A stretch of DNA of 64,000 bases from Akkermansia muciniphila (GTDB lineage Bacteria; Bacillota; Clostridia; Oscillospirales; CAG-272). The translations under genes were made by a program, and so were the position numbers. Shown here piece by piece: positions 18,418-28,406 of the stretch; position 1 is the first letter of the stretch, and each line of letters opens with the position of its first letter. Location of the stretch: assembly GCA_963611795.1 (NCBI GenBank), contig CAVDSZ010000001.1:147501-211500 (forward strand), in the 5' to 3' direction. The notes beneath the pieces are model-generated. The model had not been told where the DNA came from and searched no databases. It was given only the letters and a program-made list of their open reading frames with translations.

Positions 18418-18464
18418 AAACTATCCTGTCCGGGCACACGGTGCCGGACTTTTAAACGGAGAGG

Positions 18465-19403
18465 TTGCATATGGGAAAGATTTATTCGTCTGTAGATGAA
18501 TTGATTGGCAATACACCGCTCGTCGAGCTGACGCACATCGAGCGGGAGCTGGGGCTTGGATTTACGCTCCTCGCGAAAACGGAATGTATGAATCCCGCGG
18601 GGTCGGTCAAAGACCGCGTCGCGCGCGCCATGCTGGATGGTGCCGAGGCGCGCGGGCTTCTGACGAAGGACAGCGTGATTATTGAGCCGACGTCCGGGAA
18701 CACCGGCATCGGGCTCGCGTCCGTCGCCGCCGCGCGCGGCTATCGTCTTATCATCGTCATGCCCGATACCATGTCGGTTGAGCGGCGACAGATCCTGCGC
18801 GCGCTCGGGGCGGAACTGGTGCTGACCGAGGGGGCACGCGGCATGGCGGGTGCCATCGCCCGCGCCAAGGAACTCGCCGATGAGACGCCTGGCGCGTTCA
18901 TCGCCGGGCAGTTCGTCAACCCCGCGAACCCCGCCGCGCATTACCGCACGACGGGACCCGAAATCTGGCGCGACACGGACGGCAAAGTCGATATTTTCGT
19001 CGCCGGGGTCGGTACGGGCGGTACCGTGACCGGGGTCGGCAAATACCTGAAAGAGCAGAATCCGGCAGTGAAAATCGTCGCCGTCGAGCCCGTGGGTTCG
19101 CCCGTCCTCTCCGGCGGCAAAGCGGGACCGCACAAGATTCAGGGCATCGGCGCGGGATTCGTGCCGGACGTACTGGACACCGCTGTCTATGACGAGGTCG
19201 TCCGGGTCGAGAACGAGGACGCCTTCCGCTTCGGTCGCCTGATGGGGCGGCGCGAGGGGCTCCTCGTCGGAATCTCCTCCGGTGCGGCGCTTGCCGCGGC
19301 GGTCGAGGTCGGGAGCCGCCCCGAGAATGCCGGGAAGACGGTCGTCGCGCTCCTGCCGGATACGGGCGACCGGTATCTCTCGACCGCGATGTTCGCGGAC
19401 TGA
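18465..19403 (+). CDS. cysK: Cysteine synthase A (O-acetylserine sulfhydrylase)
   Basis: 312 aa. PLP-lysine motif [21 protein letters not shown], and the GTGGT loop (VGTGGTVTG). Confidence 0.9.
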   Translation: MHMGKIYSSVDELIGNTPLVELTHIERELGLGFTLLAKTECMNPAGSVKDRVARAMLDGAEARGLLTKDSVIIEPTSGNTGIGLASVAAARGYRLIIVMPDTMSVERRQILRALGAELVLTEGARGMAGAIARAKELADETPGAFIAGQFVNPANPAAHYRTTGPEIWRDTDGKVDIFVAGVGTGGTVTGVGKYLKEQNPAVKIVAVEPVGSPVLSGGKAGPHKIQGIGAGFVPDVLDTAVYDEVVRVENEDAFRFGRLMGRREGLLVGISSGAALAAAVEVGSRPENAGKTVVALLPDTGDRYLSTAMFAD

Positions 19404-19413
19404 GTCTCTGCGT

Positions 19414-20547
19414 ATGGAGAAAAATACGGACGTGAACACCCCTTTTGCGGGGAGCGGTACCGACCGTTTTGTCGGGGGGAAGACCCGTGCGCTGGTCGCC
19501 ATGAGCGGCGGGGTGGACTCCTCCGTCGCCGCTTATCTGGTGCGGGAAGCAGGGCTTGCCGGGGTCGGCTGCACGATGAAACTGTACGACAACGAGGACG
19601 CAGGAATTCCGAGGGAACACTCCTGCTGTTCGCTCGATGACGTGGAGGACGCGCGCGCCGTCTCTTTTCGGCTCGGTATGCAGCATTATGTGTTCAATTT
19701 CCGCGACGAGTTTGAGAAATGCGTCATCGGGAATTTTATCCGCGAGTACGAGAGCGGGAAAACGCCAAACCCCTGCATTGACTGTAACCGTTTTATGAAG
19801 TTCGGGCTCCTCTTCGACCGCGCCGAGATTCTCGGGTGCCGATACGTCGTGACGGGGCACTATGCGAGAATTGAAAAGACGCCGGACGGTTATCTTCTGA
19901 AGAAAGCGCTGGACGATACCAAAGACCAGAGTTATGTCCTCTACGACATGACGCAGGAACAGCTCGCGAAAACGCTTTTTCCTCTCGGGGGACTGCGTAA
20001 GACCGAGGTGCGGGAGATTGCCGAGCGCGAGGGGTTCCTCAACGCGCGCAAGCCGGACAGTCAGGACATCTGCTTCGTGCCCGACGGTGACTATGCCAAG
20101 GTAATCGTCGCGCACACGGGGCGCGCGCCTGTGCCGGGTAACTTCGTGGATACGGCAGGGCATAAAATCGGCACCCATCGTGGGATTATCTATTATACAA
20201 TCGGTCAGCGGCGGGGGCTTGGGATTGCCGCGGGCGAGCCGCTGTATGTCGTGAAGATCCGCCCCGAGACGAACGAGGTCGTCCTCGGCCGGGACACCGA
20301 CCTTTACACGCGCGAGGCACACGTCGGTGACGTGCGCTGGATTTTGGGGGCGCCGCCGCGCCCGCAGTTCCGTTGCCGCGCAAAGACGCGCTATCGCCAG
20401 CCGGAGCGCGACGCGACCCTCACGGTCGCGGAGGACGGTACCGTCACGCTCCTCTTTGACGAGCCGCAGCGCGCCGTCACCCCGGGGCAGGCAGCCGTTT
20501 TCTACGACGGCGACACGGTCCTCGGCGGCGGGAAAATCCTGGGCTGA
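19414..20547 (+). CDS. mnmA: tRNA 2-thiouridine(34) synthase
   Basis: PP-loop AMSGGVDSS, with CCSLDDVEDA and NPCIDCN motifs. The track ORF starts at 19282 inside cysK. The ATG at 19414 gives a normal 377-aa protein. Confidence 0.9.
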   Translation: MEKNTDVNTPFAGSGTDRFVGGKTRALVAMSGGVDSSVAAYLVREAGLAGVGCTMKLYDNEDAGIPREHSCCSLDDVEDARAVSFRLGMQHYVFNFRDEFEKCVIGNFIREYESGKTPNPCIDCNRFMKFGLLFDRAEILGCRYVVTGHYARIEKTPDGYLLKKALDDTKDQSYVLYDMTQEQLAKTLFPLGGLRKTEVREIAEREGFLNARKPDSQDICFVPDGDYAKVIVAHTGRAPVPGNFVDTAGHKIGTHRGIIYYTIGQRRGLGIAAGEPLYVVKIRPETNEVVLGRDTDLYTREAHVGDVRWILGAPPRPQFRCRAKTRYRQPERDATLTVAEDGTVTLLFDEPQRAVTPGQAAVFYDGDTVLGGGKILG

Positions 20548-20620
20548 TATTTACGGGGAATCCGAAAGTCGGTGGCGGTAGAAGACCGTAAGACAATCCT
20601 TTGAAAAACCACACAATTAA

Positions 20621-20653
20621 AAACCCGCGCCGGGTATCGCCCGGCGCGGGTTT
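20621..20653. terminator. Bidirectional terminator between mnmA (+) and the ABC ATPase (-)
   Basis: Stem CCCGCGCCGGG / CCCGGCGCGGG flanked by AAA on the left and TTT on the right. Confidence 0.8.
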
Positions 20654-20678
20654 GCTATGTGAATGAAATCGGCTTGGT

Positions 20679-21815
20679 TTAGTGGCAGATGCACTTCTCC
20701 GTGTCTTTGTCGAAGATGTGGACACGGGACATATCGAAGGACACCTTGATGTTGTCGCCGGAGCGGGAGAGGGAACGCGCGGAGACGCGGGCGATGACGT
20801 TCTTGCCTTCCTCAATCGCGTGCTCAATGCCCTCGAAGGACAGGTAGAGGTAAATCTCGGCACCCATCAGCTCGGTGACTTCCACGGTGCAGTCCAGGAC
20901 GCCGTCCTTGTTCTGCGCGACCGCTTCCTCATCGTCGGAGATGGACTCGGGGCGGATACCCATGATGACGGTCTGCCCGATGTATTCTTTCAGAGCCGGG
21001 TTGTTTGCCTTTTCTTTCGGGAGTTTCAGAGACGCGTTACCGATCTTGAGATACAGATCGTCGCCCTCTTTCGTGAGGAGCGCGTCGATGAAGTTCATCT
21101 GCGGCGTGCCGATGAAGCCTGCCACGAACTTGTTGACCGGGAGGTCATACAGGTTCTGCGGCGTATCGACCTGCTGAATGAGACCGTCTTTCATGACGAC
21201 GATACGCGTCGCCATGGTCATAGCCTCGACCTGGTCATGCGTAACGTAGACGAAGGTCGTGCCGACGCTCTTATGAAGTTTGGTCAGCTCGGTTCTCATG
21301 CTCGCACGGAGTTTCGCGTCCAGGTTGGAGAGCGGCTCGTCAAGCAGGAAGACCTGCGGGTTACGCACGATGGCACGCCCCAGGGCAACACGCTGTTTCT
21401 GACCGCCGGACAGAGCCTTCGGCTTTCTCTCGAGCAGGTGGCTGATATCGAGGATACGCGCGGCTTCTTCGACGCGGCGCTTAATCTCGGTCTTCGGCAC
21501 TTTACGGAGCTTCAGACCGAATGCCATGTTGTCGTACACGGACATATGCGGGTACAGAGCGTAGTTCTGGAACACCATCGCGATATCGCGGTCTTTCGGC
21601 GCGATGTCGTTGACGAGGCGGTCGCCGATGTACAGTTCGCCTTCGGTGATTTCTTCGAGCCCTGCAATCATACGGAGGGTCGTGGACTTACCGCAACCGG
21701 AAGGACCGACGAAAATGATGAACTCCTTGTCCTCGACCTCGAGGCAGAAGTCGGATACGGCGGTGACGCCGCCGGGATATTTCTTATAGATATGTCTGAG
21801 AGACAGACCTGCCAT
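20679..21815 (-). CDS. Sugar ABC transporter ATP-binding protein (MsmK/UgpC/MalK type)
   Basis: Walker [10 protein letters not shown], signature LSGGQKQR, Walker [12 protein letters not shown], and a C-terminal MalK-like regulatory domain. Start is trimmed to the ATG at 21815, which has AGGAGGA 7 nt upstream. Confidence 0.85.
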   Translation of the reverse strand: MAGLSLRHIYKKYPGGVTAVSDFCLEVEDKEFIIFVGPSGCGKSTTLRMIAGLEEITEGELYIGDRLVNDIAPKDRDIAMVFQNYALYPHMSVYDNMAFGLKLRKVPKTEIKRRVEEAARILDISHLLERKPKALSGGQKQRVALGRAIVRNPQVFLLDEPLSNLDAKLRASMRTELTKLHKSVGTTFVYVTHDQVEAMTMATRIVVMKDGLIQQVDTPQNLYDLPVNKFVAGFIGTPQMNFIDALLTKEGDDLYLKIGNASLKLPKEKANNPALKEYIGQTVIMGIRPESISDDEEAVAQNKDGVLDCTVEVTELMGAEIYLYLSFEGIEHAIEEGKNVIARVSARSLSRSGDNIKVSFDMSRVHIFDKDTEKCICH

Positions 21816-22008
21816 GGGATATTCCTCCTGCTTTTTATTTGACACGTTTATTATAGCAGAAACCAGTCCCGTGGGAAAGACGCGCAGAAACCAAACTTTC
21901 CGCGCCGGACTTGTACATTTTGCACAGATTCCGCGATAATTTGTGAATAAAAACCCCGCGAAAAACTCCTCGTCTTCTAATAGATTAGAGTTTTCGCGGG
22001 ATTCTCGT

Positions 22009-24168
22009 TTATTTCATGCCTTTCCGTGTGAGGGCAATGCGGTTTTTCTTCAGGTCGACGCTCTTGATGCGGCACTCGATAACGTCGCCGACGGCGAGCA
22101 CCTCGGAGGGGTGCTTGATGAAGCGGTCGCACATCTCGGAGATGTGGAGCAGACCGTCATGGTGAACGCCGATATCGACGAAAGCGCCGAAGTCCACGAC
22201 GTTCCGCACCGTGCCGGTGACGACCATTTCGGGTTGCAGGTCTTTGATATCCATGACGTCTTTCCGCAGGCAGGGGGCGGGGGCCTCGTCACGGACGTCT
22301 CTGCCGGGCTTCTGCAATTCGGAGAGAATATCGGTCAGGGTCGGCACACCGCAGCCCAGTTCCGCCGCGAGCCGCTCAATGCCCGCTTTTTCGGCCTGGT
22401 AGGGCAGGAGCGTCAGGTTCCCGTCGCGCACATCGGCTTCGGTGTACTTGAATTTTGCGAGCAGGGCTTTGACAATCGGATAGGATTCGGGGTGTACGCC
22501 GGTGTTGTCGAGAATTTCGTTCCCGCCCGGGATTCGGAGGAACCCGGCGCACTGTTCATAGGCTTTTGCGCCAATCTTCGGCACTTTGAGAATGGCGGCG
22601 CGGGTCTTGAACTCGCCGTTCGCCTCGCGGTATGCCACGATGTTCTTCGCGGCGGTCGCGTTGATGCCGGCGATGTAGGAGAGCAGGGAGTAGGAGGCGG
22701 TATTGACGTCCACGCCGACGCTGTTGACACAGCCCTCGACGACGCCGCCGAGCGCCTCGGTCAGACGCGCCTGTTTCATATCGTGCTGGTACTGTCCGAC
22801 GCCGATGGCTTTCGGCTCGATCTTGACGAGTTCCGCGAGCGGATCCTGCAGGCGGCGGGCAATCGAGACGGCACTGCGCTCCGTCACATCGAAGTCGGGG
22901 AACTCCTCGGCGCCGAGCTTGGAGGCGGAATAGACCGAAGCGCCCGCTTCGCTGACGATGGTATAGCGCACGTCGCGGTCGGTGACATACTTCAGTGTGT
23001 CGGCGATGAACGTCTCGCTCTCACGGGAGGCGGTACCGTTCCCGATTGCGATGACGTCGACCTTGTACTTGTCGATGAGGGCGAGTACGGTCTTGCGGCT
23101 GCGTTCGATATCCTGGCGCGGCAGGGTGGGGTAGATGACGGCGGTGTCGAGCACCTTACCGGTCTTGTCTACGACAGCCAGTTTGCACCCGGTACGGAAA
23201 CCGGGGTCATAACCGAGGACGGTTTTACCCTTAATCGGTGCGACCATGAGCAGGTGCCGCAGATTGTCCGAAAAGACGACGAGCGCGCCTTCGCAGGCGT
23301 TGTCAAAGAGGTCGTTGCGGATTTCGCGCTCAAGTGAGGGGAAGAGCAGCCGGTCATAGGCGTCGGCGACGATGGCGACGAGCCGCTCGGTCACGGGCGA
23401 CTTCTTGTTCGTGATGACACGGGCGCCGAGGGCGGCTTTCGCCTTGTCCTCGTCCATCTCGACGGCGACTTTCAGGAACTCTTCGGCTTCGCCGCGGTGC
23501 AGGGCGAGAATCCTGTGCCCTTTGAGCCGCGGTATCGGCTCGGAGAAGTCGTAATAGTCGGAATAGACGGATTCTTCTTCTTTCGCCTGTTTCGCGGTCA
23601 GAACCCCCTCGCGCATGATGAGCGCGCGGAGCGCCTTGCGATGCTCGGCATCGTTCGCGATATCCTCGGCGATGATGTCGGCGGCACCGGCGAGCGCCTC
23701 CTCTGTCGAGGCAACGCCTTTTTCTTCATCGATGTAGGATTCCGCCGCGACCTCAATCGCGGGGTCGTAAACGTCGCGCTGTTCGAGGATTAGCTCGGCG
23801 AGGGGCGCGAGCCCTTTGCCGCGTGCGATGGAGGCGCGTGTCGTGCGCTTCGGGCGGAAGGGGCGGTAGATGTCCTCTAGCTCGACGAGCGTCGTCGCAT
23901 TCGAGAGTGCGAGGGAAATCTCCGGGGTGAGTTTCTCCTGCGCTTCAATCAGGGCGGCAATCTCCTCGCGGCGCTTGTCCATGTTACGCAGATATGTCAG
24001 ACGGTCGAAGAGCGTCCGCAGGGTGGTATCGTCGAGGCTCCCCGTCACTTCCTTGCGGTAACGGGCGATGAACGGGATTGTGTTCCCCTCGTCGATGAGT
24101 GCGACGGTCTTTTCGACCTGATCGGGTTTGAGTTTCAGTTCCTGTGCCAGGGTCTTGATAATGTCCAT
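22009..24168 (-). CDS. tex: Tex-like transcription accessory protein with C-terminal S1 domain
   Basis: 719 aa with N-terminal FIARYRKE, a YqgF/RuvC-like core, HhH motifs, and a C-terminal S1 domain ([16 protein letters not shown]). Confidence 0.9.
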   Translation of the reverse strand: MDIIKTLAQELKLKPDQVEKTVALIDEGNTIPFIARYRKEVTGSLDDTTLRTLFDRLTYLRNMDKRREEIAALIEAQEKLTPEISLALSNATTLVELEDIYRPFRPKRTTRASIARGKGLAPLAELILEQRDVYDPAIEVAAESYIDEEKGVASTEEALAGAADIIAEDIANDAEHRKALRALIMREGVLTAKQAKEEESVYSDYYDFSEPIPRLKGHRILALHRGEAEEFLKVAVEMDEDKAKAALGARVITNKKSPVTERLVAIVADAYDRLLFPSLEREIRNDLFDNACEGALVVFSDNLRHLLMVAPIKGKTVLGYDPGFRTGCKLAVVDKTGKVLDTAVIYPTLPRQDIERSRKTVLALIDKYKVDVIAIGNGTASRESETFIADTLKYVTDRDVRYTIVSEAGASVYSASKLGAEEFPDFDVTERSAVSIARRLQDPLAELVKIEPKAIGVGQYQHDMKQARLTEALGGVVEGCVNSVGVDVNTASYSLLSYIAGINATAAKNIVAYREANGEFKTRAAILKVPKIGAKAYEQCAGFLRIPGGNEILDNTGVHPESYPIVKALLAKFKYTEADVRDGNLTLLPYQAEKAGIERLAAELGCGVPTLTDILSELQKPGRDVRDEAPAPCLRKDVMDIKDLQPEMVVTGTVRNVVDFGAFVDIGVHHDGLLHISEMCDRFIKHPSEVLAVGDVIECRIKSVDLKKNRIALTRKGMK

Positions 24169-24235
24169 AGGTGTCTCCTTTTCCGGGATATGCCGCGCGG
24201 GGCGCGCGGTACTTTTTATTGTAGCACAAACGGCG

Positions 24236-24276
24236 CAAAAAAGAAAGACGGGAATCCGAAAAATCGGAATCCCGTC
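24236..24276 (-). terminator. serC terminator
   Basis: 13-position stem GACGGGAATCCGA / TCGGAATCCCGTC with one mismatch. It is followed on the minus strand by TTTCTTTTTTGCG. Confidence 0.75.
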
Positions 24277-24290
24277 CGTGAGACGTTTCT

Positions 24291-25379
24291 TTACTCGTTG
24301 GCGTGATCCTGCGCGAACTGCTTCATAAACGCGACGAGTTTCTCCACCCCGGCGAGCGGCATGGCGTTGTAGATCGAGGCGCGGATACCGCCGACGGCTT
24401 TGTGCCCCTTGAGGCTCTTCATGCCCGCTTTCGCCGCCTCGGAAACAAAGAGCTTATCGAGTTCGGCGTCGCCGGTACGGAAGACGACGTTCATGATGGA
24501 GCGGGACGCGGGATCTACCGGTGCAATATAGAAGTCCTGGTGGTCGAGGTAGTCATAGAGGAGCGACGCCTTGGCTTCGTTGCGCTCCTTCGCGGCGGGG
24601 AGCCCGCCGAGATCCAGCAGCCAGTCGCAGACCAGTTTGGTCATATAGATTGCCCAGCAGGGCGGTGTGTTGTACATGGAGTCGTTCTCTGCGGCGAGCC
24701 GGTAGGAGAGAATGGCGGGGGTGGTATCGCGCTCATGCCCGATGAGATCCTCGCGGATGATGACGATGCCCAGCCCGGCAATCCCGAAGTTCTTCTGCGC
24801 GCCGGCGTAGATGACACCGAACTTCGAGACGTCGATCGGCTCGGACGCGATGCAGGAGGACATATCCGCGACGAGCGGAATGTCACCCGTGTCGGGAATG
24901 TAGGGGAACTTCGTCCCGAAAATTGTGTTATTGAAGCAGATATGTACATAGTCGGCGTCGGGGCGGAAGGAGTCGCGCGTCGTCGCCGGGACGAACGAGA
25001 AGTTGGCACCGGCGGAGGAGGCGGCAATCGCGACGTCACCGTACTTGGAGGCTTCGGTACTTGCCTTCTTCGAAAACTGCCCGGAGAGGACGTAATCTGC
25101 TTTGCCGTTTTTCGTCATCAGGTTGAGCGGGACAGCGGCGAACTGCGCTGTGGCACCGCCGTGCATAAAGAGAACCTTGTAATTGTCCGGCACGTTCATC
25201 AGTTTGCGCAGCGCGGCTTCCGCCCCGGCACGTACTGCCTCGAAATCGGCGGATCGGTGGGACATCTCCATGATGGACATTCCGCTGTTCCCGTAGCAGC
25301 GGAGACTTTCCTGCGCTTTTTTCAGCACGTCTTCAGCGATGGCAGAGGGTCCGGCAGAGAAGTTATACACTCTTTCCAT
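24291..25379 (-). CDS. serC: Phosphoserine aminotransferase
   Basis: N-terminus MERVYNFSAGPSAI matches the SerC start pattern, and size is 362 aa. The 216-codon upstream extension in the track ORF has Arg/Gly/Pro-rich non-coding-like composition. Confidence 0.9.
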   Translation of the reverse strand: MERVYNFSAGPSAIAEDVLKKAQESLRCYGNSGMSIMEMSHRSADFEAVRAGAEAALRKLMNVPDNYKVLFMHGGATAQFAAVPLNLMTKNGKADYVLSGQFSKKASTEASKYGDVAIAASSAGANFSFVPATTRDSFRPDADYVHICFNNTIFGTKFPYIPDTGDIPLVADMSSCIASEPIDVSKFGVIYAGAQKNFGIAGLGIVIIREDLIGHERDTTPAILSYRLAAENDSMYNTPPCWAIYMTKLVCDWLLDLGGLPAAKERNEAKASLLYDYLDHQDFYIAPVDPASRSIMNVVFRTGDAELDKLFVSEAAKAGMKSLKGHKAVGGIRASIYNAMPLAGVEKLVAFMKQFAQDHANE

Positions 25380-25569
25380 ATGCAATTCGGCCTTGCGGCC
25401 ACCCTTTCTCGTAGGCTTTTGATTAGATGTTATGATAGCAGACTTTCGAGAGAAAATCAACCCCCGCACCGACTTTCGGCTCGGAAAGCGCGGGATATCC
25501 GCAGAATGCACAAAGCGGGCGCGGAATCTTTCCTGTTTTGCGGCGGATTGCCGCCCGGTAAAACGGCAC

Positions 25570-25598
25570 TTGACAAAACGGCAGGGAAGGCATATAGT
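25570..25598 (+). promoter_or_regulatory. Sigma-A promoter for the 78-aa gene
   Basis: TTGACA (25570-25575), 17-nt spacer, TATAGT (25593-25598). Confidence 0.65.
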
Positions 25599-25679
25599 GG
25601 TGTCACCGCCCGATGGCGCCGTCCGCGGTGCCACGCCCGGAAGACTGTGAAACCGCCTCGGCGGTAAAGGAGAACTGTA

Positions 25680-25916
25680 ATGAAAGTCAAAATGATTGTG
25701 ACCAACCGTCAGAATGAGTGCGGCAAGGACTTCCGCGCGGGCGACACATTTGTTTTCGAGCGTGAGGAGGACATCGCGCGCTTCTGCCCCAATGCCCACA
25801 CGGTAGGGGAACTGAAAGAGAAGATTGCCGCCGCGGCGGCGAGCGGTGAGGCGACGACGTTTACATATGAGTGCTATGACCACGCCGTGACGATGGATAT
25901 CAAGGTGGAGCCCTGA
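25680..25916 (+). CDS. Hypothetical 78-aa protein
   Basis: ORF with AAAGGAGAA SD 6 nt upstream, a promoter about 80 nt upstream and a hairpin terminator near 25989-26025. No family recognised. Confidence 0.45.
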   Translation: MKVKMIVTNRQNECGKDFRAGDTFVFEREEDIARFCPNAHTVGELKEKIAAAAASGEATTFTYECYDHAVTMDIKVEP

Positions 25917-26066
25917 AATATAGGCTCCTCCCGGTGCGGCACCCCGCGCGGGTGCAGTGATGCCGCCGGGAATCATGCCCGATTGCGAAAGAAGCGCGCC
26001 GGCTCGTCCGGTGCGCTTCTTTTGCATGGCGGTGACGATTCACTTGTCGAGAGGCGCGCCTCACGG

Positions 26067-26801
26067 TTACCAGCTCGGGGAGAGCGGCGTGCCGCGCTCG
26101 AGCAGTTCGGAGACAGTGACGAAACGGTAGCCCTCTTTTCGCAGGGCGGGAATCACCGTCTCGAGCGCGGCGGCACCCTGGAAACGGCGTGCTACGTAGT
26201 CGTGCATAAGAATGATGTCGCCGGGCTTTACTGTACGCAGGACGTAGCGGGAGATTTCCCCGGCGCTGTGTCCGCGCCAGTCGTTGGTGTCCACGCTCCA
26301 GAGAATCTGACGATAGCCCTCATCACCGAGCAGTTTACAGCGCTCTGCGGTGCGGGCACCCTCCGGGGGGCGGAACAGGGTGGGGGCGGTACCGACCGTC
26401 GTCTCCGCCGCCCGCCCGCAGGCGGCGATTTCCTCGAGCAAAGTCTCGTCCGTTACGCTTGAGAGGTGCGGGTGATGATAGGTGTGGTTGCCAATCTCAT
26501 GTCCTGCCTCGGCGACGCGCCGCGTGACGTCCGGGTAGAGTTCGATGTTCCGTCCAATCTCAAAAAAGGTGGCTTTGACGTCGTACTTTGCGAGGACTTC
26601 GAGAACCGCATCGGTGTTATGGGGGTGCGGTCCGTCATCAAAGGTCAGGGCAATCAGTTTCTCATCCGTCATCACGCGCCAGACGGGTTTGTCGCTCGTG
26701 TCCGCGAAAACGACCTGTGCCGCGCCCGCTTGCGTCGGCGCGGAAACGATGATGATGAGCGCCGCGGCGAGGGCGGCGAGACGGTGCCATGGTTTTTTCA
26801 T
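26067..26801 (-). CDS. Secreted polysaccharide deacetylase (NodB/CE4 family)
   Basis: Signal peptide MKKPWHRLAALAAALIIIVSAPTQAGA. NodB motifs TFDDGP and HEIGNHTYHH. Start is trimmed to the ATG at 26801, which has a GGAGG SD. Confidence 0.85.
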   Translation of the reverse strand: MKKPWHRLAALAAALIIIVSAPTQAGAAQVVFADTSDKPVWRVMTDEKLIALTFDDGPHPHNTDAVLEVLAKYDVKATFFEIGRNIELYPDVTRRVAEAGHEIGNHTYHHPHLSSVTDETLLEEIAACGRAAETTVGTAPTLFRPPEGARTAERCKLLGDEGYRQILWSVDTNDWRGHSAGEISRYVLRTVKPGDIILMHDYVARRFQGAAALETVIPALRKEGYRFVTVSELLERGTPLSPSW

Positions 26802-26957
26802 CTGTGCCTCCATACGGCGCGGCGCCCGAAAAACAGGCAACACTCCGTTGCTTTTTCGTACTTTTATCCTTAGTTTGCCCCGCACGCGCTTTTTTGCTCT
26901 GTCAATTTGAGACAAAAAGACGGCTTTGTTGCATATTGCACAAAAAATGCGGATTTC

Positions 26958-26986
26958 TTGACACATTGAACCAATGCAGGTATAAT
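26958..26986 (+). promoter_or_regulatory. Sigma-A promoter for the 390-aa membrane protein gene
   Basis: TTGACA (26958-26963), 17-nt spacer, TATAAT (26981-26986). Confidence 0.7.
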
Positions 26987-27030
26987 ACAGATAATGTTGC
27001 TTTGGCAAAAACAGAAGTGAGGGAGACACC

Positions 27031-28203
27031 ATGGAAGAACAGACGAACACGCCTGTACCCGGACGCGGGTTTCGCGCTTTTCTGAAACGAAAACAAATCG
27101 AGATTTCCCCGAAACGGTATTTCATTGACGCAATGGGCTCTATGGCGCTCGCGCTCTTCGCGACGCTGCTGATGAGCTCCATTCTCGGTACGCTCGGCGA
27201 TTTGGTTTTCGGCACGGCGTCCAAGACCGACTTCCTGCACGTGATTAAGACTTACGCCGCGCAGGCGACCGGTATGGCAATCGGGGCGGCGATTGCGTAC
27301 AACCTCAAGGGCTCGCCGCTCGTCATCTTCTCGGCGACCGTCGTCGGGGCACTCTCCAATTCTTACGCGTTTCCGGGGCTTGCGTCCGATCCCGCACGCT
27401 TTGCCGGGGTGCCGTATCTCGGCGACATGAAATTCGCGGCGGGACCCGCCGGTGTGTTCTTCGTCGTCATCATCGCGACCGAGGTCGGTAAGATGGTGTC
27501 CAAGGAGACAAAGGTCGATATCCTCGTGACCCCGCTCACCGTCCTGCTTTCCGGCTTTCTCGCTTCGTTCCTCATCTGTCCGCTCGTCGCTTTCGTCATG
27601 TACTGGGTCATGGAGTTCATCGGACTGGCGACGGCATTTGTGCCGCTGCTCATGGGGGCAATCGTTGCCGTCGTCGTCGGTATGATTCTGACGCTCCCAA
27701 TCTCCTCCGCCGCCATCTGCGCGTCAATCTTCGCCGCCGGAATGATTGCGGAGTCCTCTCGCCCCGAGAGCCTGTACCTCGCCGCGGGTGCCGCGTGTGT
27801 CGGCTGCTGCTGCCAAATGGTGGGCTTCGCCGCCGCCTCCTTCCGCGAGAACCGCTGGGGCGGGCTTGTGGCGCAGGGGCTCGGCACCTCTATGCTCCAG
27901 ATGGGGAATATCTGCAAGAATCCGCGGATATGGATTGCGCCGACCGTCGCGTCCGCTATTTCCGGCGCGCTGTCCACGACCGTGTTCCGCCTCCGTTGTG
28001 TCGGGCTCTCCGCCGGTATGGGCACCTGCGGGCTCGTCGGTCCGATTGGGCTCTTCCAGGCGGCAGAGACGCATGACGTGCGTTTCTGGCTCGGGCTCGT
28101 GCTCCTATGCTTTGTCGTGCCTGTCGTGGTGTCCGTCGGGCTGGATCTCCTCTTCCGCCGCATCGGCTGGGTGAAAGACGGCGACCAGAAACTCGCGCTG
28201 TAA
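27031..28203 (+). CDS. Polytopic membrane protein, PTS EIIC-like permease family (recall-level assignment)
   Basis: 390 aa with about 10 hydrophobic helices. The N-terminal segment ...ISPKRYFIDAMGSMALALFATLLMSSILGTLG resembles stand-alone EIIC-like (PF13303-type) proteins as I remember them. No EIIA/EIIB gene is nearby. Confidence 0.5.
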   Translation: MEEQTNTPVPGRGFRAFLKRKQIEISPKRYFIDAMGSMALALFATLLMSSILGTLGDLVFGTASKTDFLHVIKTYAAQATGMAIGAAIAYNLKGSPLVIFSATVVGALSNSYAFPGLASDPARFAGVPYLGDMKFAAGPAGVFFVVIIATEVGKMVSKETKVDILVTPLTVLLSGFLASFLICPLVAFVMYWVMEFIGLATAFVPLLMGAIVAVVVGMILTLPISSAAICASIFAAGMIAESSRPESLYLAAGAACVGCCCQMVGFAAASFRENRWGGLVAQGLGTSMLQMGNICKNPRIWIAPTVASAISGALSTTVFRLRCVGLSAGMGTCGLVGPIGLFQAAETHDVRFWLGLVLLCFVVPVVVSVGLDLLFRRIGWVKDGDQKLAL

Positions 28204-28301
28204 TCGGCGCCGGAGCCGCAGACGTCATTCCATAGCGCCGCCACGCGTTTTTCACCTCTACTGACAACGGCGCCGGATTTTTCTTTCTTTAAAACGAAAA
28301 T

Positions 28302-28333
28302 GTCCCCGCCCGGGCTTTTGCCTCGGGCGGGAC
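28302..28333. terminator. Bidirectional terminator between the EIIC-like gene and the ABC permease
   Basis: Stem GTCCC(C)GCCCG / CGGGCGGGAC, followed by TCTTGTTTG on the plus strand and CATTTTCGTTTT on the minus strand. Confidence 0.7.
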
Positions 28334-28406
28334 TCTTGTTTGATAAGGAAGTTAGCCGTGCGGGAACGCGTCGCCGTCACGGCATTGCCGCCGTCGGTAC
28401 GGCGGT

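Noticed and set aside
25380-25569. GGGTGGCCGC in the serC upstream region resembled a T-box core, suggesting a Ser T-box or a hairpin-bridged SD.
   Set aside because: A minus-strand promoter (TTGATT-17-TATCAT) leaves only a leader of about 45 nt. No stem I, specifier or terminator elements are present. The simpler reading is a weak AAGG SD 11 nt upstream of the ATG.
24291-26027. Long N-terminal extensions in track ORFs. Examples: serC to 26027, glnN to 35661, deacetylase to 27224, anchored protein to 32108, ATPase to 43147, MutS-like to 58676, YjbR to 59322, coaW to 51179, aroK to 4405, infB to 47305, mnmA from 19282.
   Set aside because: The extensions have non-coding-like composition, overlap neighbouring genes or promoters, and lack an SD. 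Internal ATG/TTG starts with good SDs give family-typical lengths and N-termini.
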